Part shown: positions 23,902 through 35,357 of the stretch, piece by piece | Numbering within the stretch: the first letter of the stretch is position 1 | How the letters are laid out: every line of letters starts with the position of its first letter | Assembly: GCA_964016885.1 (NCBI GenBank) | Contig: OZ024742.1 | Coordinates: 125,984,001 to 126,048,000, forward strand | Length of the DNA: 64,000 bases | Direction: 5' to 3' | From: Eledone cirrhosa | Lineage: Eukaryota | The notes under the pieces: model-generated | Database searches by the model: none | What the model was told of the DNA's origin: nothing | The model's input: the letters and a program-made list of their open reading frames with translations, nothing else | Position numbers and translations under genes: made by a program

Positions 23902-25142
23902 CATGGAACTCTTTTAACCATCTTTTGATCTTATATATTATGTATACTCCAGTCCTACAAACTGTAGAGTGCTTCTTATCCGATATCTGCATGGCTTTAT
24001 TGTACTACAATAAAACTCACCTCCTACATATATATATATGGTGGGTTGTGTACATGTTGTAGTTGCGCGTAGTCCATGGTAGTGTGACTTGAGGTGGGAT
24101 TAGAAAGCTATAGGGATCATGAAGGAAAAAAGAAATGTTTCTTCCTTCCAGTTCCCTATAGCTCACTCATCCTACCTCACGTCAACATTACCCCTCAATC
24201 CTCACTTACGTCACACTACCAAGGACTAAACGCAACTACGTCTACACAACCCACCATACCTATAAACATGTTGCTTGAGATATACCAATGTACATATATA
24301 TATATACATAGTAGTTTCAATTAATTAGCTAGTATATTCTGCCCATGAATGTTTGTGTCATATTATGTTTCGTTGTGCAAACATGCAACAGTAATTAAAA
24401 GATAAAAAGAAAGGAATATTTAAATCTTTATGATATTATAATCTAATTATTATATATATATTTTTTTATTTTAAGGTTATTGCAATATCTTTGAAGCTAC
24501 CAGCTTCTGTGTTGTTGTAGTGATATTGTAGAGATCGTTTATTTATATCTGAACTCATTAATTTTAGAACATATCAGTTTTCTATGCTAGGAAGAAAAAA
24601 ATGTCGGCAATATTCACAGAAATATTTGAAATTTGGTTTTGTGTTTTCGCTCATTAATCAAGCAATGCCTAAGGGAAAAGACATTCGAAAATAATGCAAT
24701 GAAGCCTACAAAGATGAACGACAACCATGAGAAAATGCATTGAGTTCAGAAAAGTAACTATCTTCAGTATTTAAGACCTTCAGAATTGTTAGAGCATCAG
24801 ATAAAATTCCATTATTGTTTGTTCTGGCTATTCACATTCTGCATTCAAATCTCACTGAGATCAAATTTGCTTTTCATCATTCCTGTTTCGAAAAAATAAA
24901 GTATTAGTCAACTTCTGAGATTGATTCAATCAACTTTGCTTATCCCCGCCAAAATCCAAAATATGCTGGACTTGTGCAAAAAATATTCAATACTTAAGAC
25001 ACAGATAAATGTCATTTCTCTATTCAACATTACATACTGAAGGAAGAACGAAGACTTCTTATAATGCATCCTTCAACAAAGGCACTATTCCTACAACACT
25101 CTTTTAAACCAATTAGGATAGGTGTATAATAAATCTAAAAGT

Positions 25143-25410
25143 TTAAAGTCTGTCTCGAGCCCGAAGTTTCATCAAGCTTATCCTGGTTTCCGTGGCTTCA
25201 AACGATTGAGAGTATAAGACTATCCCCTGGACAGGACCCTAGTCCATTGCAGGGTTAAACCCATAGCTATGGCTGGTACACATTTTCATCAGAGTAATAT
25301 GAAATGAAGTGTTTTGCTCAAGAACACAACACACAACCCAGTCCAGTAATCGAACCCACAGCTTTATGATCGTGAGTTCAACAGACTTACCACTAGGCCA
25401 CATGCCTCCA
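25143..25410 (-). mobile_element. SINE family B, near full length
   Basis: Reverse complement reads GGAGGCATGTGGCCTAGTGG..GGGTTCGATT..CTTGAGCAAAACACTT..AGACAGACTTTAAAC. Confidence 0.8.
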
Positions 25411-26559
25411 CTACTATCAATCTGGTGTTTGTTAATTACACTGTTGAAATGTAAGTATATCCAGAATTCTATATTAAAGACAATGATAGTATGGACATGA
25501 AAATATTCACTAATTTTATCAAGTGTGAATTATTTTATTGATACTGTGTTTCTCAGATGGAAGAAGAGTAAAAGAGAGATAGATAAAGGAGTGTTTATCG
25601 GAAAATAATGTTAACGGGAAGATGCAAAAGAAGGAGAATGCTATTTACAGACAATAAATTATGCTACTGAGGGTAGAAGCAACAAGAGAGAAAGGGGTGT
25701 TTATCAGAGGGGAAATAGTAACAGTAAGAGGTAAAAGAAAATGAAGTTTTCAGACATATAATTACATGCACACACATACAGATACAGTAGCTGTTGAAGC
25801 AGTGGCATTATCGGTAGGGATATTGGTTAATGGTGGGGAAAGTAGTGTAAAGAGAGGAAGTTGATGACAAGTTTTTTTATTGAACTATAATTTTATTTTT
25901 GTCAATTATTTAACACATGCGATATAGTGGAATTAACTGTCATCTTCTAAGCTGAGCCTCTTATGAAGAACTGTTTCCAGTTCCATTAGCTTATCCAGTT
26001 CCATTAACAAAGAGCAGGTCGAAGCATTTAATAAGATAGGGATTACTTGTTACAACCAATAAGGCACAGTATTCTAAGACTAAGAAATTAACAGATGATT
26101 TTGTTAGGGTAGTTAACACTAATAAGCAAGAAAAACAAAAGCAAAACTATCACCAATAAAATATATTTTAATTCTTTAGTACCCTGCTTTATAATCTGAA
26201 ACACCTCACACCTCATGTCGCAGAACACGTGCAAATCTCTTTTATCTTGTCTCATTGCTAATTATTACCTGACCTCTAACTTCTTCATATTGTTTTATGG
26301 TGCTCACTTTCTTTAAGTTTTTTATAACATAACTCTTAACTTTTTTCACTCTGTCTACAGTAAATTATTCCACTGGTTGAAGCCATGTACCAGCCACAGA
26401 TCTTGTAAGTAGTAGTAACAGCAGCATGTAATGTATGTATGTCAACAATACAAAACTACTTTACAGCTTATTGGTAGAGTCTGTGGTTCTTATTCTTCTC
26501 CAACTGCACCTCTGAAATCTCAAAATGGCAACGAATTGTTTAGAGACCCAAAGAACATC

Positions 26560-27750
26560 ATTTTTTAGATGAAGGGAACACTTCAATGAACTTTTGAATA
26601 AGAGCATTGAACAGGCAATGGATTTGTATCACGTCTTTGTTGATTTGGCAAAAGCTTTTGATATGGTGAATAGGACTTACCTTATGGAAGATTCTGACTA
26701 AGCTTGGTTGTCCTGACAAGTTTGTATCAGTTTTGAAAAGTTTCCATGATGATACGCAAGCTTATGTCAATATAAGTGGATAGGTGTCAGATCACATTTT
26801 TGTTGAAAATGGTATAAAATAAAAGTACTTATGCTGTTTGCATTGTATTGCTCTATGGTTTTCCTTATAGCATTTGAGGACTGCATACAGGGAATTTATA
26901 TCAAGTATCGTTTGATTGGCAAGTTGTTTAACATTAAACAGTTTGCGACCAAAACAAAGGTGTTCACTTGTTAAATACGTGAATGTTTGTATACAGATGA
27001 TTGTGATTTTGTTGCTCACTCTGAGGGTGACATGCAGCACCTGAGGGATTCTTTTTCTGAGGTATGTAGCACATTGTGTCTGACAGTGTGACCAAGACAG
27101 TTGTCATACATCAACCTGCTCCAGACAAGGATTTCACTGAGCCTAGCATTTATGTGTATGGCAAAACATTGAAGGTTCTGGATATATTTATGTATTCAGG
27201 CAGCACATTTAACATGGGAAACACCCTTGATGATGAAACATCTTTACAACTAAAGAAAGCAAGTGATTCTTTTGGTTAATTAGAAGGGCATCTCTAGTAC
27301 CAACGTGGGATTTCCATTAATACAAAGTTAAAGGTATACAGAACATGCGTCTATAATTGTTGTATGCATGTGAAACTTGGGTCACATACCAATAAAATAT
27401 ATAAATGCTTGAACATTTTCATCAACATTGTCTTCCCTGAATACTCGGTATCTATTGGCAATCACATATGAGCAATTTTGAAGTGCTGGAACAAAGTCAT
27501 TTTGAAAGTATTGAATTTCTCATAATTCAAGATAGATAGCACTGAAAGAGCCATTTTGTAAGAATGCCAGAAATTCATATTCCTAAGCAGTTTCTGTATG
27601 AAGATAAATTAAAGGCAAACGGCCAAGGCAATAAATTCAGGGATAAAGACTGCATCAAAACAGCTTAGATAAAGACAAAAATCAGAGCAGATAACTGGGA
27701 AGACATTATAAAGAGGGGTCTACATGATATTATTTTACCTTGATTTTCAA
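26560..27750 (+). mobile_element. Old decayed RTE (BovB-like) LINE RT region
   Basis: LYHVFVDLAKAFDMVNR..KLGCPDKFV..YADDC..LYACETW..RMPEIHIPKQ with many stops and frameshifts. Confidence 0.8.
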
Positions 27751-28150
27751 ATGCTCAAAATGAGTGTGGCCAGCTTTGCCTCAGTAAAACTGGTCTTAGC
27801 AGTCATCATAAAAGCCACATATAGAATGTTGCCAATTATGATCTCTTTGGGATTTCTTCCTGTTGGAAAAAAATCAATGTGCCTGGGCCAGTGGATTCCA
27901 ACATCACTTGAAAGCTCACAAAAACAAAACAGGGAACCAAAGTGGAAGTTATGTTCATCGTTGCAACATATGCAGAGTGGAATGTAAGTCCTTGAAGGGG
28001 TTGGGTTAATGAGGCATGTTCCTGCCACCTACATGTGAGAGGGTGATCAAGTGATAGCAATTCTAGAAATTGTAGTGCAGCCATCATATACATACATTTA
28101 TTGTTCCAAAGCAGATAGGACCAATAGTGAAAGATGTGCATTATTGCTAT

Positions 28151-28340
28151 AGGGCGGTGGATTGGCAGTATCGGTAGAGGGTCGGACGCCATGCTTTGAC
28201 GCATAGAGTTACGGCCCTTGCCATTCTGAGTTCAAATCCCACCGAGGTTAACTTTGCCTTTTATCCTTACGGGGGTCGATAAAATAAAGTACCAGTAATA
28301 CACTGGGTAATTTGCTGGCCTTGTGCCAAAAGTAGAAACA
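28151..28340 (+). mobile_element. SINE family A, young copy
   Basis: TSD ATTATTGCTATAGG at 28140-28153 and 28341-28354. Confidence 0.9.
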
Positions 28341-29218
28341 ATTATTGCTATAGGAGTCACCTTATACCAGTACTAACGTGATAGAGTCGAGATGGGAGGG
28401 GAGGGGGAGTAATTAGGACACGGGTGTGGGGTGTATTATTATGTAAGTTAGATAAGGTGTGGATGTGTGTTTTCATAAATAAATTGTCTCCCATGGATCT
28501 GATTTTTTTTCTCTCCCTTGGTTTTATCTTAGTTATCTCCCTTGTTTACGTTAAAATTAAACTGAAAAATAAGATATACAGATAAGTCCTAGCTGCTTTA
28601 CAGCTTCCCTTGCTTCGCATTTTGCCTTCCCCATTTAATTTTTTACTTTTCTTTTTTATTTTCACTTATCTCTGTATGTCTTGTTTTATTCTGTTTTTCA
28701 ACAGTAAGAAATACTAGTCTGTTCTGGCTTACTAACTCTATACAGACATTTAAATTGATTACGCAAATAAATAAACATGTGTAAGAACAACAACATTTTA
28801 ATGATGAAAATACCAAATAAGTTTTATTTCTGGTGACCAGCTTTCAAATGTAATTGGTAAACACAATCAAAGAAAAAATTTCATACTTGTTCATGAATAA
28901 AAAATGCAATAAAGTCTTCAAATTTGGAATAACTAGCCAATGATTTATAGTTTTGTAATTATATTTTTATATTTTTGTTAGGAGATTGCATATTGTTCAT
29001 ATGATATTTTTTATTCTTATATTTTGGTATTTTTTTTTATTTTATTTCAAAACATGTTTCATTTACTTTACTGACTTTAATCATTTTCAAAAAGCGCACA
29101 TACAGGCAGGACATTTTTCACACTTCTCAGTGACTATTGTAAGAGAAGAATATCTTTGATATATGTGTGCCACAGCATGGCCTCAGCCTATCTGTTGGAA
29201 CACATGATAGAGTAATAC

Positions 29219-29292
<74 letters not shown>

Positions 29293-29916
29293 AAAATCCA
29301 ATATTCCTTTCTCATCTCGGGACTTTTACTAGACATTCCTTTCTTATATTGGAACAATCAGTGTCAGTGTATCTCTCACTGTGTATGTATGTCTGTGTCT
29401 TTGTGTTTGTATGTGTGTGAGTGTTTGTGTGTGTGAGTGTTTGTATGTGTGTGTGAGTGTTTGTATGTGTGTGTCTGTCTTTGTGTATGTTTCTCTGTGT
29501 GTGTATGTGTGCTGTTTTACTCTTTTACTTGTTACAGTCACTAGACTATAGGCATGCTGGGCACAGCATATCAACCCCAGCATTTATATATTTTCAAGAC
29601 AGGTAGATATTTTATCAATTCGTATTTATTTGAAATGCTAGGTTATGGAACATAAACAGTAAGTATAAACACAGATAAACATCAACAACCATGCACACAC
29701 ATACATAAAAGGCTTCCACATAGTTTCCACCTACTAAATTTCACTTGCAAGGCTATAGTAGAAGACACTTGCCCAAGGTGTTATGCAGTAACACAATGTA
29801 AAACCATGGGTTTGCATAATAATCTTAACCACAAGGCTGTATGTGTGCATATATACATATATATATATATAGTGACGAAACCTAAGTCAATTGCATGAAC
29901 TCATAATCCTTTATTT

Positions 29917-29972
29917 ACTGCTATATATAGTTCGATGATAGCCATTGTATGGCTATGACCTCATCAGGCAGT
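29917..29972 (-). ncRNA. Degenerate minimal hammerhead ribozyme
   Basis: ACUGC-CUGAUGA-G..AUAGCCAU/AUGGCUAU..C-GAAC-UAUAUA-UA^GCAGU; stem I perfect, core GAAA changed to GAAC. Confidence 0.6.
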
Positions 29973-30035
29973 TAGTCAGTTCTTAGATATGCCAGCTCCG
30001 TGTTTATAGTCTTGATGGTATCAGAGCCTTGGGAC

Positions 30036-30089
<54 letters not shown>

Positions 30090-30909
30090 TATATTTACGT
30101 ATATATATTTCTTTTGGATTTGTTGAATCCTAGGTCATTGTATAATCATTTACAATGTTTTGTTACACTCAATATTTTTCTTTCTTAACTAAACTTAAAT
30201 AAGTATAAGTTGAAACATTTGTAAAGCTACTAAATGGTTTAAGAAAGCAGTCAACTCATATTGTTATCGTATAAAATTATATAAGTGCCTGAAAATAGGT
30301 CACCATTTTTATCCCTCTTACATTCTGGAGATATGGTCAATATTGGGCCTTGAAACCTTAGATAGTGCTATTGATCTGTGTATGAACACAAATAAATAAA
30401 TAATATATATATACACACACATACATATATGTATACACATATAGATACATACACATATATACATACATATACATCAACAACCATGCACACACATTCATAT
30501 GTATAGACACACACACACACATATATACATATTCATATGTATATATACACACACACACATGTATACATATACATATGTATATATATACACACACACATAT
30601 GTATACATATACATATATGTATATACACACACACACATATATATATGTATATATACACACACACACACGTATATGTATATACACACACATATATATATAA
30701 TATATATATACATATACACACATATGTATGTATATATACATTTATATAGACACACACACATATATATACATATATATGTATGCAAAAAGTAAATGGGAAC
30801 AACAAAGCAAACCATACAGTATAATGATAAAATATATTAGTTTAACACTTGATATAGTAGGGAAAGAGTCTAAACGTTTTGGACACTAGTCCTTCATCAG
30901 AAAGCTTTG

Positions 30910-30961
<52 letters not shown>

Positions 30962-31173
30962 TATAATTACTAACATATAATTATGGTTGGATTCCCAACT
31001 GTTATCAGATAACCAGTTAAAAACGATACAAAATACAATGGTAGAGTATAAGCATCTTGATTTTATAATGAAATGACTTCTACAGGACCAAATCCATTTC
31101 ATAAATATATATATATATATATATATACATATATACACACACACACATATATATATGTATGTGTGTGTGTGTG

Positions 31174-31210
<37 letters not shown>

Positions 31211-31326
31211 TCATCATCATCATCACTGTTTTACGTCCGTTCTTCCACGCTAGCATGGGTTAGACGGGTTGTCCTGTTGTGGGCAGTGTCTGGTCGGCTG
31301 ACCATGCCTTGCTCATACAGGAACTG

Positions 31327-31357
<31 letters not shown>

Positions 31358-31390
31358 GCTAGGGTGGAGAAATGGACGTTAAATGATGAT

Positions 31391-31430
<40 letters not shown>

Positions 31431-31546
31431 ACACATATACAGATATTTATATATGAGTATATGCATGTTGAATATGTGTAATTCCTACATATCATAAGTC
31501 AATCATCATCATTTAATGTCTGCTTTCCCTGTTAGCAAGGGTGGAC

Positions 31547-31596
<50 letters not shown>

Positions 31597-31601
<5 letters not shown>

Positions 31602-32054
31602 AGGATGAATATAAAATGAAAGTGCTTTTGTTAAAAAAGGAATTTATTAGGTATTGACATATGTTTCTGTAACAGACCGAATACCTATGTATCGCTGCTT
31701 GCGTAATCATATAATGTTAGCAAGTATTCGATAGCAAATGTATAATCAGTTGTCACTTCTTCAGAGATTTTGGATAAGCTGGATAAAATCAGAAAAATTG
31801 AAGTATTTATATTAGTAAAAGAGGAAGGAACAGAGGGGATAGAATATGACAGATGGTAAAATAATTTACTGCTAAACAAGTAACAACTGAAGAAGTGACA
31901 ACTGATTATACATTTGCTATCGAATACTTGCTAACATTATATGATTACGCAAGCAGCGATACATAGGTATTCGGTCTGTTACAGAAACATATGTCAATAC
32001 CTAATAAATTCCTTTTTTAACAAAAGCACTTTCATTTTATATTCATCCTTTCTA
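31597..32054. repeat. Perfect 168-bp inverted repeat (31597-31764 / 31887-32054) with a 122-bp spacer; Penelope pLTR-like
   Basis: Arms read as exact reverse complements; flanked by (TA)n; contain a CTGAAGA..GAAACATATGTC hammerhead-like core. Confidence 0.9.
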
Positions 32055-32176
32055 CATTTCTCCGGAATATAATTTATACTCGTTGAGCAAACCTGCACGT
32101 ACGCTGTTCATCTCTAACGTAACGATATATTATCACTACATTATTGATAACCTGAAATTTTATATATATATATATA

Positions 32177-32300
32177 TAGGAAAAGAGTCTGAACCCCAAT
32201 GGCTGAGCTCCAGATATTTCGGCAGCTAGATCTGACAGCATTCGGATCTAGCTGCCGAAACACCCAGAGCTCAGCCATCGGGGTCCTCACTCTTTTCCTA
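32177..32300. repeat. Imperfect palindrome (~124 bp hairpin)
   Basis: TAGGAAAAGAGT..ATGGCTGAGCTC..TTTCGGCAGCTAGATC / GATCTAGCTGCCGAAA..GAGCTCAGCCAT..ACTCTTTTCCTA. Confidence 0.85.
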
Positions 32301-32378
32301 TAACCCACTCTACTACCCTAAGTATCGAGTACCCTGGTGCATTATGGTCCACCTGGTATCTTACCACACTTTCTTTGT

Positions 32379-32446
<68 letters not shown>

Positions 32447-33151
32447 TATACATATAGTAAATGTGGTTGGTGTTAGGAAGGGCATCCAGCTGTAGAAAAC
32501 CCGCCAGACAGTCCTATGCGAGCAAGACAACCACTCTTGCCTCAAGTGGGAAAACCCCTGTCCAAACCCATGCAAGCATGGAACAGGAACGTTAAACGAC
32601 GATGATGATGATGATGATGATGATGATATATGGGTTGGTTTCTGTTATATGAAGGAAACAGAGCATTATATTTAGTTGGCCATACCAATCTGATAATTTG
32701 TTTAGCAATCTCCTTTTGTCGCACCGGTAAGTTACAAAGCGTAAACAGAGACAACATAAGTACATAGTGGAGGCATAGAAATTACAGAGATCATACACAC
32801 ATATATGTAAATATATATATAGAGAGAGAGAGAGAGTCTGCAGAGCTGAGACCGGGGAGACCACACCGGAGTACTCAATGTAAGGGGAGATGCAGAGTGG
32901 GTAAACAGATATATAAAAATCATATATCACATTTATGAATTTTAAATCTATACACTATACATATAATATATACGCCATGCCCAAACAAGTGAGACCAGTT
33001 AAAGTTAATAAAACATACACAGACATGCATACACATATATACAACAAATATTCTTTATTGCAATATTTTATTCTCAGGAGCTGTTTTTTTCTTATTATTT
33101 TACTTATACACACACACACAGATACATATATACACAAACACATACATATAT

Positions 33152-33199
<48 letters not shown>

Positions 33200-33314
33200 T
33201 CATATATATATATTGATGTAAATGTAAGGTCGTTGGTTTATAAGTATAAAAATAGCAAATATTTACTAATGGGATGACTATGCATATAGCATATAGCTAT
33301 TATAACAATAATTA

Positions 33315-33402
<88 letters not shown>

Positions 33403-33490
33403 ACACCCACACATACATTTATATGTGTGTGTGTATTTATATATATATATATATATATACATGTATATAAATATATATACATGTATATAA

Positions 33491-33527
<37 letters not shown>

Positions 33528-34098
33528 CGTGTGTGTGTGCAATGAAATGATACACAAACTATAGACTGCAGAGACAAATTCAAATAAAGCTGGGGGGGGG
33601 GGGGGGGGGGGGGAACAGGATGGAAACCCAGAGAGGGTTGATTTGAGGTGAAATAAATGAAAAAGGATAATAAGTTATAGAAAAAGAGTACAGGATGTAA
33701 TGGGAATTGGGAATTTTTCCGGGGGGGGGGGGGTATTTTTTTTTTTTTGTTTTTTGTTTTTTTTTGTTTTTTTTTTGTTTTTTTTTGCTTTTTGTTTTGG
33801 TTTTGTTTTTTTTGTTAGAATAAGTTACTATGAATTGGTACCACAATGCACGGATATCATCATTAAAGGATGTGATTATATAATAATGCCACTGCAGTGA
33901 CACCATCATACAATGTCTGATATAGCTGCAGTATCAGTATCGTCAAATGGCTGATGAAATGGTTGCAGTAAACAGTCAGCGTCATAATCTAACGTCTGAT
34001 GAAGTACTAGTCACACCAGCATTCAATATCTGATTGCTGACTTAAATGATGTCGCAATTGTACAAAAATCTTGTTAATGACTACAGCTAGTTGATTCA

Positions 34099-34203
34099 TC
34101 ACACAATGTCTGGATGGTGGAAATTGCGTTGACTATGCTGGGAGCGGTTGAGTTCATTACGAAAATATTCAATGGTGCGATTGATACCCACAATCATTGG
34201 AAT
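34099..34203 (-). CDS. UXS1: UXS1 last coding exon (IPMIVGINRTIEYFRNEL..PDIV*)
   Basis: TTTCAG acceptor, phase 0; matches the UXS1 C-terminal helix (human VPLEEGLNKAIHYFRKEL); TGA at 34099-34101. Confidence 0.9.
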   Translation of the reverse strand: MPMIVGINRTIEYFRNELNRSQHSQRNFHHPDIV

Positions 34204-35357
34204 CTGAAAGAAGTAAATTATAATATATATGTATATAACAATGTATAAATATATAACCACATGTATAAATATATAACCACATATATACAAAAACAATGTA
34301 TTCGGTTGGGCAGAAGGTGCATGCCATTTTTCAAATTTTTAGACTTTGGCATTTTGTAAGATTAGGAAAATAAGTCAAATTAATCACCATTATTTGCAAT
34401 TACCGTCTGCCATCGTTAAGGAAGGCACATAATTCCATTTCTGTAGAATTTTTCGGTTTTCAATGCAAAGAATTCTGTCACCCACTGATTTAACTGGTTT
34501 TCATTGGCAAAGAATTGCATTTCTCATTGAGTGAAAGAGGCAGAACCATTCAATGTAGTTCCAGCAACTTCTCATGGGTCATCCTTGAGTATTATCATGG
34601 AGGAATCGAACAGGACCATCATGTGGGCATACATGTGTGATTTTTACCACTAATCTGTCACGTTGTTGGCAATAGATGTCAGAGGTTATATTGCTGTTTG
34701 GTGAGATCAGCGCTTAGTGGATGACACCTTTCCAGTCCCACCAGATTCTCAGTATGGCCTTGCGAGGGTGGAGGCCAGCCTTTGCTTGCCATTGTGGCGC
34801 ACTCACTTTATCAACCCATAATCGCTTGCACTTGACATTAATGTAGACACTATTTTTCATCACCAGTGACAATGGAATGTAACCAGTTGGTTGTGTGATG
34901 GTAAGAGAGCAGAGAAGTTGCAGCTCCTGCCTGTCATTCAAGATTACGGTCAGATTATGGGCCACCCATTAGTCCAGCTTGGACACCTTCCATATTGCAT
35001 GCAAGTGATTGAGAATGGTTGATTTCAATCCCCCAAGCACTTTGGAGAGTTGATGTGATGTCTGGCGACGGTCAGCCTCGACCAACTTAGGCAGTTGCTC
35101 GTCATTAAAGTCAGGTGGACGATCTGAATGAGGTCAATCTTCAAGGCTGTAATCACCGGAAGCATGCGAACCAGTCCCTAGCACTGCATTCAGACATGTA
35201 TGACCCGAATGCATTGTTAATGTGACGACTCGATGCTGTTGCTTAGGCCAGATTTGAAGTCATAAAGTAAACAGCCACGAATAAACAATTTGGATAGATC
35301 CATCTTGCTTCCCCTTTGACGGCATAAGAGAAAATGAGAAATGTACATAGTGCAGAC

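Larger units (their letters stand above)
20862..23942 (+). mobile_element. Penelope-like retroelement (RT C-terminus and GIY-YIG endonuclease) with an inverted pLTR at the 5' end
   Basis: GIYRDDGL, NFLDVSLNL, IIWYNAPFS, NCNCPVKNKCPLNNHC..IYEC..YFGST..CNLCLNEK; ~20862-21200 is the reverse complement of ~23620-23942; inserted in (TA)n. Confidence 0.92.
30400..33540. repeat. Dense (TA)n/(CA)n microsatellite region with interspersed short repeat remnants
   Basis: Direct reading. Confidence 0.85.

Noticed and set aside
33945-34015. CTGATGA motifs downstream of the UXS1 stop as hammerhead or C/D snoRNA
   Set aside because: No stem II-GAAA-NUH geometry and no convincing terminal stem.
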